Source of the DNA: Subdoligranulum sp.
GTDB taxonomy: Bacteria; Bacillota; Clostridia; Oscillospirales; Ruminococcaceae
DNA: 64,000 nucleotides
Assembly: GCA_004555405.1 (NCBI GenBank)
Contig: SFIE01000003.1
Span: forward strand, 1,049-65,048
Direction: 5' to 3'
The notes under the pieces are model-generated. The model was not told where the DNA came from. It saw only the letters and a program-made list of their open reading frames with translations, and searched no databases. The stretch's first letter is position 1. Every line of letters starts with the position of its first letter. The position numbers and the translations under genes are program-made. Below are positions 16,257 through 25,361 of this stretch, piece by piece.

Positions 16257-17591
16257 ATGCTTCGTTTTCCCCTGCCAAAAAAACGGCTCTCCTCGTTTCA
16301 GGTGATCATTGCGGGGTTTGCCGCTGTTGATTTTTTGGGCGCACTGCTTCTGGTGCTGCCCATTTCTGCCCGGGCGCGCTGCCTTACGCCGTTTTCCGAG
16401 GCACTGTTCACCTCCACCTCGGCCCTGTGCGTGACCGGCCTTGCCGTGCAGGACACCGGCAGCTACTGGTCTGCCTTTGGGCAGTGCGTGATCCTGCTGC
16501 TGATCCAGATCGGCGGCTTGGGCGTGATCACCATTGCCGCCGCCTTTGCACTTTTGTCCGGCCGAAAGATCTCGCTGATGCAGCGCAGCACCCTGCAGGA
16601 AGCCTCCGGCGCGCCGCAGGTGGGCGGCATTGTGCGCCTTACCGGCTTTATCCTGCGCGCCACCCTGTTTTTTGAGCTGGCGGGCGCAGTGCTGCTTTTG
16701 CCGGTGTTCTGTGCCGACTTTGGGCCAAAAGGCATTTTTTACGCCGTGTTTCACTCGATTTCAGCTTTCTGCAACGCCGGGTTTGATCTGCTGGGCACCG
16801 CCGATGCCCGCTTTGTTTCGCTTACCCGGTATGCCCATCACCCCTATGTGGTGCTGGTGATCACGGCGCTGATCATCTGCGGTTCGCTGGGCTTTCTCAC
16901 CTGGGAGGATATCCGGGTGCATCGGCTGCATCTGCACCGCTACCGGATGCAAAGCAAGGTGATTCTGGCGGTCAACGCGCTGCTGCTGGTGCTGCCCGCT
17001 TTGTACTTTTTCTGCTTTGAATTTACGGCGGGCCCCGTGCAAAGCCGCGCGCTGCTTTCCTGGTTTCAGGCGGTAACGCCCCGCACCGCCGGGTTCAACA
17101 CTGCCGATCTTGCCGCCATGCGCTCGCCATCCCAGGCGCTGATGGTGGCGCTGATGCTTTTGGGCGGTGCGCCGGGCTCCACGGCAGGCGGCATGAAGAT
17201 CACCACGCTGGCGGTTCTTTTAGCCAATATGCTGGCCACCTTCCGCCGCCGCAAGGATGCCGAATTCTTTGGGCGGCGCATGGACACTTCCGCCGTGAAA
17301 AACGCCGCCACCATTGCCGAAATGTATATGCTGGTGTTCTTTTTAGGCTCTCTTGCCATTGCCACCGCCGAGGGGCTGCCCATGTCGGTGTGTATGTTTG
17401 AAACCGCTTCTGCCGTGGCCACGGTGGGCCTTACCTTGGGCATCACGCCGCAGCTGGGGCTGTTTTCGCAGTGCATTCTGATCGTATTGATGTTCTGGGG
17501 GCGCGTGGGCGCACTCACGCTGATTTACGCCGCCTTTGGCCGCACTCCGGCCCATTCGCGCCTGCCGCAGGAAAAAATCGCCGTTGGGTAA
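16257..17591 (+). CDS. ktrB: TrkH/KtrB-family potassium transporter membrane subunit
   Basis: 444 aa, polytopic, with repeated pore-loop-like IGGLGV and GGAPGSTAGGMK segments typical of TrkH/KtrB. Confidence 0.85.
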   Translation: MLRFPLPKKRLSSFQVIIAGFAAVDFLGALLLVLPISARARCLTPFSEALFTSTSALCVTGLAVQDTGSYWSAFGQCVILLLIQIGGLGVITIAAAFALLSGRKISLMQRSTLQEASGAPQVGGIVRLTGFILRATLFFELAGAVLLLPVFCADFGPKGIFYAVFHSISAFCNAGFDLLGTADARFVSLTRYAHHPYVVLVITALIICGSLGFLTWEDIRVHRLHLHRYRMQSKVILAVNALLLVLPALYFFCFEFTAGPVQSRALLSWFQAVTPRTAGFNTADLAAMRSPSQALMVALMLLGGAPGSTAGGMKITTLAVLLANMLATFRRRKDAEFFGRRMDTSAVKNAATIAEMYMLVFFLGSLAIATAEGLPMSVCMFETASAVATVGLTLGITPQLGLFSQCILIVLMFWGRVGALTLIYAAFGRTPAHSRLPQEKIAVG

Positions 17592-17661
17592 AGCCATGGG
17601 GCCGCCCGGCTGCAAGTTTTGTTTTGGCCTGTTTTTTACCTATATAAAAAAGGAGCTTTCC

Positions 17662-18309
17662 ATGAAATCTGTTCTTTTGATCGGTTTGGGCCGCTTTGGC
17701 CGCCACATTGCACAGCAGCTGAACGAGCTGGGCCATCAGGTGATGGCCGTTGACTCCAACGAGGAGCGGGTGAATCAGGTGCTTTCGTTTGTCACCAACG
17801 CCCAGATCGGCGACAGCACCAACGCCGACTTTCTGCGCTCTCTCGGCATTCGCAATTTTGATGTGTGCCTCGTTACCATCGGCAGCAATTTTCAGAACTC
17901 TCTGGAGACTACCTCGCTTCTCAAAGAACTGGGGGCCAAATTTGTGGTTTCCCGCGCCGAGCGCGATGTGCAGGCCAAATTTTTGCTGCGCAACGGGGCC
18001 GACGAGGTGGTGTATCCCGAAAAGCAGCTGGCCAGGTGGGCTGCCATCCGCTACAGCTCGGAGCATATTCTGGACTATATTGAGCTGCAGGACGATCACG
18101 CCATTATGGAGGTGACCATTCCGCCCGAATGGGCCGGGCGCAGCATCAGTGAGCTGAACATCCGCAAGCGCTATCACATCAACATTCTGGCGCTCAAGCG
18201 CGGCGGCAAGCTGGATATGAGCATCACGCCCGACACTGTGCTGAGCAGCGAGGAAACCATGCTGGTGCTGGGCGAATATGCCTCGATCCGAAAATGCTTT
18301 TGGCTGTAA
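17662..18309 (+). CDS. ktrA: TrkA/KtrA-family RCK (NAD-binding) regulatory subunit
   Basis: 215 aa from MKSVLLIGLGRFGRH (GxGxxG Rossmann motif) with RBS AAAGGAG. It follows ktrB. Confidence 0.85.
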   Translation: MKSVLLIGLGRFGRHIAQQLNELGHQVMAVDSNEERVNQVLSFVTNAQIGDSTNADFLRSLGIRNFDVCLVTIGSNFQNSLETTSLLKELGAKFVVSRAERDVQAKFLLRNGADEVVYPEKQLARWAAIRYSSEHILDYIELQDDHAIMEVTIPPEWAGRSISELNIRKRYHINILALKRGGKLDMSITPDTVLSSEETMLVLGEYASIRKCFWL

Positions 18310-18335
18310 TGGGCCGTAAAATATCGTTTTATCTT

Positions 18336-18372
18336 CCGTGCAGGGTGTTATTTTCCCTGCACGGTTTTTTAT
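18336..18372 (+). terminator. Rho-independent terminator after ktrA
   Basis: 10-bp stem CCGTGCAGGG / CCCTGCACGG followed by TTTTTTATTT. Confidence 0.8.
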
Positions 18373-18493
18373 TTGGCCCCTGCCGCGCGCCGGGTTTTTC
18401 CAGTTTTTTCCACATATCTTACACAAGTTCTTCAGCAGCTTTTCAATTTTTGTTCTTAGAATCTTCTTTGTAATTGAGGAGGTGCGAAAAAGC

Positions 18494-19465
18494 ATGATCG
18501 CAGTTGAACATTTAACCAAGCGATACGGCTCTTTCACAGCGGTAGACGATATTTCGTTCACCCTTGAGCAGGGCCATATCTATGGTTTTCTGGGCCCCAA
18601 CGGCGCAGGCAAATCCACGACCATGAACATGATGACGGGCTGCCTTGCCGCCACCGCGGGCAGCGTGACCATTGACGGGCTGGATATCTTTGAGCAGGCC
18701 CGCGAGGCCAAAAAGCTGCTGGGGTATCTGCCCGAGATCCCGCCGCTGTATCCCGAGCAAACGCCCGAGGAATACCTGCGCTTTGTGGCTGAGGCCAAGG
18801 GCCTGCCCAAGGCGCAGATCGATGCACAGGTGGCCAAGGCCCTGGCCGAGACCCGCCTTGAGCCCATGGCGAACCGCCTGATCCGCCATCTTTCCAAGGG
18901 CTACCGCCAGCGTGTGGGCATTGCCCAGGCCCTTTTGGGTGACCCCCACTACATTATTTTAGACGAGCCCACCGTGGGCCTGGACCCTTTGCAGATCATT
19001 GAGATCCGCGATCTGATCCACGAGCTGGGGCAAACCCACACGGTCATTTTAAGCTCGCACATTCTCAGCGAGGTGCAGGCCATCTGCGAAAGCGTGCTGA
19101 TCATTGCGCACGGCAAGCTGGTGGCCTTTGACACCCCGCAGAATCTGGAAAACCGCCTTACCAGCGGCGGCCGCCTGACCCTGAGCGCCGATTGCTCTGC
19201 CGAGGCGCTGCACCGCATTCTGGCCGCCGTGCCCGCTGTTTGCGATTGCAGGCTTCTGACAGCCGAGGAGGGCCGCTGCAAGGCACAGCTGGAGATCACC
19301 GGCGATGCCGCTGAGGCCTGCAGGGCGCTGTTTTTTGCGTTTGCCAAGGCCGAAACCGCCATTTTGCAGCTTACGCCCGAAAAGGCCGATCTGGAAAATA
19401 TCTTTATCGAACTGACCGATGCCCAGCCCGATGGAAAGGAGCCCCGCCATGAAAGCGATCTTTAA
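18494..19465 (+). CDS. ABC transporter ATP-binding protein (ABC-2 type exporter ATPase)
   Basis: 323 aa from MIAVEHLTKRYG (RBS GAGGAGG). Walker A GPNGAGKST, signature LSKGYRQR, Walker B IILDEPT. Confidence 0.85.
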   Translation: MIAVEHLTKRYGSFTAVDDISFTLEQGHIYGFLGPNGAGKSTTMNMMTGCLAATAGSVTIDGLDIFEQAREAKKLLGYLPEIPPLYPEQTPEEYLRFVAEAKGLPKAQIDAQVAKALAETRLEPMANRLIRHLSKGYRQRVGIAQALLGDPHYIILDEPTVGLDPLQIIEIRDLIHELGQTHTVILSSHILSEVQAICESVLIIAHGKLVAFDTPQNLENRLTSGGRLTLSADCSAEALHRILAAVPAVCDCRLLTAEEGRCKAQLEITGDAAEACRALFFAFAKAETAILQLTPEKADLENIFIELTDAQPDGKEPRHESDL

Positions 19466-20312
19466 GCATGAGCTCAGCCTGTATTCACACGGCCTTCTGG
19501 CCTATGTGTTCGGGGCATTTTTGCTGGAGTTCATCGGCCTTGGCGCCATGCTGTACAACATCAACCGCGCCGTGGCCAATTTTGAATATGCGCTGGGCAG
19601 CTTTTGCATCGGCTTTATTGCGCTGGTGCCCCTGCTCACCATGCGTGTGGTGGCCGAGGAGAAAAAGCAAAAAACCGACCAGCTGCTTTCGCTGCTGCCC
19701 ATCACCAGCACCGACATTGTGCTGGGCAAATATTTTGCCATGGCCCTTGTGTTTATTGCGCCCATGCTGGTGGCCTGCGTGTATCCGTTTATCTTTTCGC
19801 TGTACGGCGATGTATATCTTCCCAGCGCCTACGGTGCGCTGATCGCGTTTGTCTTTTTAGGGCTGGCGCTCATTTCCATTGGTATGTTCATTTCCTCGCT
19901 CACCGAGTCGCAGGGCATGGCCGCCGGGCTTTGCGTGGCCGCCATGCTGCTGTGCTACTACGCTTCCTCGCTGGCCGATCAGATCTCGGGCAAATTTGTG
20001 AATGTAGTGGTGCTTTTGGTGCTGGGGGGCCTTTTGGCCCTGCTGGCGAACAAGCTCACAGCCTCGGGCCTTGCGGGCGGCACGGTTTTTGCGCTGTGCG
20101 CCGCCGCTGTGGCCGCTGTGGGCATGGCAAAGCCCAGCCTTCTGGAAAGCGCCGTGCCCACTCTGATGAAAACACTTTCCCCCTTTGAGCGCTTTTACAC
20201 CTTTGTGAACGGCGTGTTCGATGTTACCGGCATTGTGTATTATATCAGCGTTGCCGTGTTCTTTTTGTTCTTGTGTGTGCAGTGCTGGGAGAAAAAGAGG
20301 TATAACGGATGA
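19449..20312 (+). CDS. ABC-2 family permease
   Basis: 287 aa with 6-7 TM segments. Its start overlaps the ATPase stop. Confidence 0.7.
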   Translation: MKAIFKHELSLYSHGLLAYVFGAFLLEFIGLGAMLYNINRAVANFEYALGSFCIGFIALVPLLTMRVVAEEKKQKTDQLLSLLPITSTDIVLGKYFAMALVFIAPMLVACVYPFIFSLYGDVYLPSAYGALIAFVFLGLALISIGMFISSLTESQGMAAGLCVAAMLLCYYASSLADQISGKFVNVVVLLVLGGLLALLANKLTASGLAGGTVFALCAAAVAAVGMAKPSLLESAVPTLMKTLSPFERFYTFVNGVFDVTGIVYYISVAVFFLFLCVQCWEKKRYNG

Positions 20313-21763
20313 AAAACTTACAAACCAAATGGCGGCAGCTGCTGGCAGGCAGCCGCCAGGCGCTTACCACCCGCACAGCCCGGGTGGGCGGCTACAGTTT
20401 TTTGCTGGGGCTGATCGTTCTGGCCATTTTAGTGGCCGTGAATGTGCTGGCGGGGGCGTTGCCCAGCCGGTTTACGCAGTTTGATATTTCCGCTGCGCAG
20501 CTGTATTCGCTTACCAGCGACACCAAGGTGGTGGCCACCAATCTGGATGAGGATGTGACCATTTACTGGATCTCCCAGGCAGGCAAAGAGGATACCGTGA
20601 TCCAGAAGCTGCTGGATCGTTATTCCGATCTGACCGATCATATCACGGTGGTGAAAAAAGACCCCGACACCTACCCCACCTTTGCCAAGCAGTATACCGA
20701 GGAGACCGTGCAGAACAACTCTCTGGTGGTGGAGTGCGGCTCCAAAAGCCGCTATATCGGCTATGATTCCATTTATAATACGGACATGAGCGCCTATTAC
20801 TCCACCGGCTCGGTTTCGCGCAGCTTTGACGGCGAGGGGCAGATCACCTCGGCCATCGACTATGTGACCACCGAAACGCTGCCCCAGGTGTATTTGCTGA
20901 GCGGCCACGGCGAGGCCGCGCTTTCGGATGCCTTTTCCGGCCAGCTGGAGCGCGCCAACTATGAAACCGTGAGCGATTTTTCGCTTTTGAATGTGGACGC
21001 CGTGCCCGAGGATTGCTCGGCGCTGATCATCAACGCCCCCACCAGCGATATTTCTGACGAAGAGTTTTCGCTGCTGCGCAGCTATATTTCCGGCGGCGGC
21101 AAGGTGCTGGTGTTCTCGGGCCCGCAGCAAAACGGCACACTGACCAATTTAACGGCCCTGCTTTCGGATTACGGTGTGAGCGCCGCCGAGGGCATTGTGG
21201 TGGACCCTGACCGGGAGCATTACGCCTTTACTGAGCCGTATGTGCTGATGCCGGACATTGGCGAGAGCGACATCACCGCCCCCCTCACCGAGGGGGCCTA
21301 TCATGTGATCGTGCCCATTGCCGCCGGCCTTACGCTGAGCGAGGGCAGCACGGCCACCGCCCTGCTTACCACCTCGGATTCCGCCTTCTCCAAGCTTTCC
21401 GGCTACGCCATGACCAGTTACGACCGCGAGGATGACGACCCTGCCGGCCCCTTCACGCTGGCGGTTTCGGCCGAAAGCGCCCAGGGCGGCAAGCTGGTGT
21501 GGGTGGCCAGCGATTACCTGCTGGACGATCTGTACAACTCGTATTCCTCGGGGGCCAACATGGATCTTGCCATGAACAGCCTTTCCTGGATGATCGGCCA
21601 GGCCGATTCCGTAAGCATTCGCTCCAAATCGCTGAACAGCACCTATCTTACCATCAGCTCTTCTTCCGCTGCCTGGCTGAAGGTGTGCATGATCGGCATT
21701 GTGCCCCTTGCCTTCTTGCTGCTGGGCATTGACGAAGTGATCCGCAGGAGGAAAATGGTATGA
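20309..21763 (+). CDS. GldG-like ABC-transporter auxiliary protein (terminal TM helices, large extracytoplasmic domain)
   Basis: 484 aa with N- and C-terminal TM helices. The 4-nt overlap with the permease gene and the gene order match the ATPase/ABC-2/GldG/DUF4340 operon as I remember it. Confidence 0.55.
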   Translation: MKNLQTKWRQLLAGSRQALTTRTARVGGYSFLLGLIVLAILVAVNVLAGALPSRFTQFDISAAQLYSLTSDTKVVATNLDEDVTIYWISQAGKEDTVIQKLLDRYSDLTDHITVVKKDPDTYPTFAKQYTEETVQNNSLVVECGSKSRYIGYDSIYNTDMSAYYSTGSVSRSFDGEGQITSAIDYVTTETLPQVYLLSGHGEAALSDAFSGQLERANYETVSDFSLLNVDAVPEDCSALIINAPTSDISDEEFSLLRSYISGGGKVLVFSGPQQNGTLTNLTALLSDYGVSAAEGIVVDPDREHYAFTEPYVLMPDIGESDITAPLTEGAYHVIVPIAAGLTLSEGSTATALLTTSDSAFSKLSGYAMTSYDREDDDPAGPFTLAVSAESAQGGKLVWVASDYLLDDLYNSYSSGANMDLAMNSLSWMIGQADSVSIRSKSLNSTYLTISSSSAAWLKVCMIGIVPLAFLLLGIDEVIRRRKMV

Positions 21764-23115
21764 AACGACAAAAAAATCTTTTGATCCTGGTGGGGGTGCT
21801 GGCCGCCCTGTGCGCGGGCATTGCCGCCGTCAAGGGCGTGCAGAAGCATATTGACAAGGTTTCCACCGTGAGTGAGGATATCCTCAGCATCGACCCTGAC
21901 ACCCTCACCTCCATCCGCTGGACGGTGGGCGGAAAATCCCTCACCTTCGCAAATTCGGATTCCGGCTGGCAGCAGCAGGATGACGATGCCTTCCCGGTGG
22001 ATCAGGATAAAATCAGCGATTTGCTGGATCATTTTGCCCCGCTTACCGCCAGCTTTGTGATCCACGATGTGACCGACTACAGCCAGTACGGGCTGGATAA
22101 GCCCACCGGCACCGTGACATTTTCCACTGCAGACGGCGACACCACCCTGAGCATGGGCAGCTTTTCTTCCATGGATGAAAAGCGCTATGTGATGCTGGAA
22201 AAAGGCACCGTGTATCTGGTGGACGACGATGTGGAGCAGGCGCTTTCCACCGACCACGATACTTTTCTGAAAACCGACAGCGTGCCGGAATATACAAAGA
22301 TCACCAAGATCAGCCGCACGGGCGAAAACGCCTTCTCGGCGGATTATCTGCCCGGGGAAACACATTCCTACACCACGGACTACCATTATTACACCGACGA
22401 CGGCAGCTACACGGCACTTTCGGATGATAAGATCGACACCTTTGTGACCCGCTTAAAAAATCTGGACTGGAGCGACTACGCCACCTACACGGCCTCTGAC
22501 TCCTCGCTGGGCGACTACGGCCTTTCCAGCCCCGAGGCCAGCTTTGCCATCGACTATGAAACCGATGACGGCAGCGGCAGCTTTACCGTGAGCTTCGGCA
22601 AGGCAGGCGAGGATGGCTATTATTGCCGCATGAACGATTCCGCCATTGTGTGCAGAGTTTCCGAGTCGGACTACACCAGTCTGGCCGGAACCAACGCCAA
22701 CACCCTGCGCCCGGCGGCCCTGCTTTCGCTGGATTGGGACAAGGTGACCGCGCTGGACTTCTCTGTGGACGATGTAACCTGCGCCGTTTCCCACAAGGGC
22801 AGCAAGTTCCTGTATAACGATGAGGAAACGGATTTTGATGCGGTAAAGAACGCCGTAAACGCCCTGAATGTGAGCAGCTACAACAGCGAAGCCCCCACCC
22901 AGAAGCAGGAGATGGAATTCACCATCTCGCTGGATAACACCAACTATCCCACTCTCACCGTTTCGGTGTACCGCTATGACGGCGAAAGCTGTCTGGTGCA
23001 GCTGAACGGCGAAACCCAGGGCCTTGTTTCCCGCAGCCAGATCAGCACCCTGCGCGAGACTGTAACGGCCATTGCCCTTGGCAAGGCCGACAGCGCCGAC
23101 AGCGCTGCCCAGTAA
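21760..23115 (+). CDS. DUF4340-like secreted or anchored protein
   Basis: 451 aa with an N-terminal TM helix and a Asp/Ser/Thr-rich beta-looking body. It has a 4-nt overlap with the GldG-like gene. Confidence 0.45.
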   Translation: MKRQKNLLILVGVLAALCAGIAAVKGVQKHIDKVSTVSEDILSIDPDTLTSIRWTVGGKSLTFANSDSGWQQQDDDAFPVDQDKISDLLDHFAPLTASFVIHDVTDYSQYGLDKPTGTVTFSTADGDTTLSMGSFSSMDEKRYVMLEKGTVYLVDDDVEQALSTDHDTFLKTDSVPEYTKITKISRTGENAFSADYLPGETHSYTTDYHYYTDDGSYTALSDDKIDTFVTRLKNLDWSDYATYTASDSSLGDYGLSSPEASFAIDYETDDGSGSFTVSFGKAGEDGYYCRMNDSAIVCRVSESDYTSLAGTNANTLRPAALLSLDWDKVTALDFSVDDVTCAVSHKGSKFLYNDEETDFDAVKNAVNALNVSSYNSEAPTQKQEMEFTISLDNTNYPTLTVSVYRYDGESCLVQLNGETQGLVSRSQISTLRETVTAIALGKADSADSAAQ

Positions 23116-23146
23116 GCGCCGCGCCAAAAGCCCTGATCAAAAACAA

Positions 23147-23203
23147 AAAGCCCCCGGATGCTTTTTCTGCCGCAAGGCAGATGGCAAAGCACCCGGGGGC
23201 TTT
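23147..23203. terminator. Bidirectional terminator between the DUF4340-like gene and the rhomboid gene
   Basis: AAAGCCCCCGG / CCGGGGGCTTT arms flanked by A-run and T-run. Confidence 0.65.
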
Positions 23204-23232
23204 GTATATAAGTTTAAAAACGATCTGCTGCC

Positions 23233-23799
23233 TTAGTGTTTTTTCAGCCGGAAGCCGAACACCGTGCCGCACACGCCGCCGATGATGTGCATAAAGTTGG
23301 CCACATTGTCCTGCACAAACAGCATGCCCACCACCTGCTGGCTCAGATACAGCAGCCCCACCAGGATCATGGTAAGGGGAATGCGCCCCGCCTGCATGCC
23401 CGAAAGGCTGGCCAGCATGAGCAGCATAAACACAATGCCGCTTGCGCCCAGAAGTGCCGTGCCCGGAAAGATCGCGCATTGCAAAACCCCCGAGATCAGC
23501 GCCGTGATGGCAATGGCCCCCAGCAGGGTTTTGCTGCCGTATTTTTCTTCCATGGGCGGGGCCACCACCAAAAACAGCAGCATATTGCCGATAAAATGGT
23601 CCCACCCGGCGTGCCCCAGCACATGTGTGAACAGCCGCACAAAAAACAGCGGCGAGGTGATCGGTGCGCGGTACACGCTGAACAGCAGCCGATTGCTGAC
23701 CCCGTTGGTACACACATCCAGCACCAATGCCGCCAGCGATGCAAAAAAGAATGTAAGCGTTACCGGTGCGTTGTATTGCAGCCTTTTAGAAAATTTCAT
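23233..23799 (-). CDS. Rhomboid-family intramembrane serine protease
   Basis: 188 aa with 6 TM segments. Catalytic GASGIVF (GxSG) and HIIGGVCG His motif are present. Confidence 0.8.
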   Translation of the reverse strand: MKFSKRLQYNAPVTLTFFFASLAALVLDVCTNGVSNRLLFSVYRAPITSPLFFVRLFTHVLGHAGWDHFIGNMLLFLVVAPPMEEKYGSKTLLGAIAITALISGVLQCAIFPGTALLGASGIVFMLLMLASLSGMQAGRIPLTMILVGLLYLSQQVVGMLFVQDNVANFMHIIGGVCGTVFGFRLKKH

Positions 23800-23938
23800 T
23801 TCCCTTTCCCCCTTTTCCCTATATCATTATTATATAGAGAGAAAAAACTTGGCGCAAGAGGGATTGCACACACCGCCGATCCCGGGTATGATACATACAA
23901 AGTGAAATGCTGCCAAGCAGCCACAGGGAGGATGCACT

Positions 23939-24343
23939 ATGAACGAACAGGAAAAAAAGCTTTATGAGCAGGGCAACCCGTTTTTGGACTATAACCACAT
24001 TAAAGTGGTTTCGGCCAGCCCCGACCGCGCCGAAATGGCCGTGGAGCTGGTGCCCGAGTCGCGCAATCTTTACGGCTTTATGCACGGCGGGCTGATCTAC
24101 ACCCTGCTGGAATGCACGGCGGGCCTTGCCGCCCGGCAGGATGGCCGCCGCTATGTGACCCAGAGCAGCCATATCAATTTTTTAACCAACTGCAGGCAGG
24201 GCACCGTGCGCGCCGTGGCACAGGCCGTGCGCCGCGGGCGGCAGCTGGCGGTGTTCCGCGTGCAGGTGCTGGCCGAGGACGGCAAGCTGATGGCCGACGG
24301 CACCGTGGATATGTTCTGCACGGGGGACGCCGCGCATGAATGA
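23939..24343 (+). CDS. PaaI-family hotdog-fold thioesterase
   Basis: 134 aa with the YGFMHGGLIYTLLE motif. Confidence 0.75.
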   Translation: MNEQEKKLYEQGNPFLDYNHIKVVSASPDRAEMAVELVPESRNLYGFMHGGLIYTLLECTAGLAARQDGRRYVTQSSHINFLTNCRQGTVRAVAQAVRRGRQLAVFRVQVLAEDGKLMADGTVDMFCTGDAAHE

Positions 24344-24551
24344 GATCCGCCCCGGGCTTTACCGGCATTTCAAGGGCAAGGAATACCGGGTTTTATACAC
24401 CGCCACCCATTCGGAAACTCTGGAACCCATGGTGGTGTATCAGGCACTGTACGGCCAGCGCGGCATTTGGGTGCGCCCGGCCGCCATGTGGAACGAAACC
24501 GTAACGCGCGAGGGAAAAACCCTGCCGCGCTTTACCTATATAGGAGAATAA
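24336..24551 (+). CDS. DUF1653-like small protein
   Basis: 71 aa. YRHFKGKEYRVL...YQALYG...WVRP pattern as I remember it for DUF1653. It overlaps the upstream gene by 8 nt. Confidence 0.55.
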   Translation: MNEIRPGLYRHFKGKEYRVLYTATHSETLEPMVVYQALYGQRGIWVRPAAMWNETVTREGKTLPRFTYIGE

Positions 24552-24555
24552 CGCC

Positions 24556-24966
24556 ATGGTACAGCCCATTATTCGCGATGTGATCTTTCTGGGGCAAAAA
24601 AGTGCCCCCGCCACCGAAGCCGACCTGCAAACCGCGCAGGATCTTCTGGACACCCTGAACGCCCACGCCGATGAGTGCGTGGGGCTGGCCGCCAACATGA
24701 TCGGCGTGGCCAAATGCATCATTGCCTTTGATGACGGCGGCCTGCCGCAGCTGATGCTGAACCCCGAAATTCTGAAAGCCGGCGGCCCCTACCAAACCAC
24801 CGAGGCCTGCCTTTCGCTGCAGGGCCGCCGCCCCACCACCCGCTACCGCACCATCAAGGTGCGCTGGCAAAACGAAAAAATGCAGACCCGCATCAAAAGC
24901 TTTTCGGGCTGGACGGCGCAGATCATTCAGCACGAGATCGACCACTGCAACGGCATTATCATTTAA
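24556..24966 (+). CDS. def: Peptide deformylase-like protein (short, atypical motif 1)
   Basis: 136 aa. Motif 3 QHEIDH and motif 2 EACLS are present. Motif 1 reads GLAANMIG instead of GxGxAAxQ. Confidence 0.7.
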   Translation: MVQPIIRDVIFLGQKSAPATEADLQTAQDLLDTLNAHADECVGLAANMIGVAKCIIAFDDGGLPQLMLNPEILKAGGPYQTTEACLSLQGRRPTTRYRTIKVRWQNEKMQTRIKSFSGWTAQIIQHEIDHCNGIII

Positions 24967-25074
24967 GGCAGCTGCGGGCCATGGTTTTTTCGGATTCCCG
25001 GGCGGCGAATGCGCGCATTTTTATTGCGTGCCGCCCGGGATTATGCTACTATGATAAATGGTGATCCATTTGCA

Positions 25075-25260
25075 AACGGTGCCGCCGCCAAAACCCGCCG
25101 AACAAGGCGTGAGGCTGCGGATAATAGGGAAACGGGGGAAGATCCCGTGCGATCTCGTCACTGTAAGCGGGGAGCGTTTTGCCCATGATGCCACTGGAGC
25201 TTTCCGGGAAGGCGGGCCAAACGCATTGAGCCGCAAGCCAGGAAACCTGCCGCTTTGCCG
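25075..25260 (+). promoter_or_regulatory. Cobalamin (AdoCbl) riboswitch
   Basis: Read directly: AATAGGGAA (25123-25131), GGGGGAAGATCCC, CACTGTAA, GCCACTG (25190-25196) and B12 box AAGCCAGGAAACCTGCC (25235-25251). It lies about 110 nt upstream of the CbiK-like ATG. Confidence 0.8.
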
Positions 25261-25361
25261 CCGGGCCGCTTTTGCGGCGCGGTGATGCTTTGCCGCCCGA
25301 ATCGGGGCAATGCCCCGCCATCCAGACAAGGCAGCGATGTACTGCCAAAAAGGAGAAAAAC

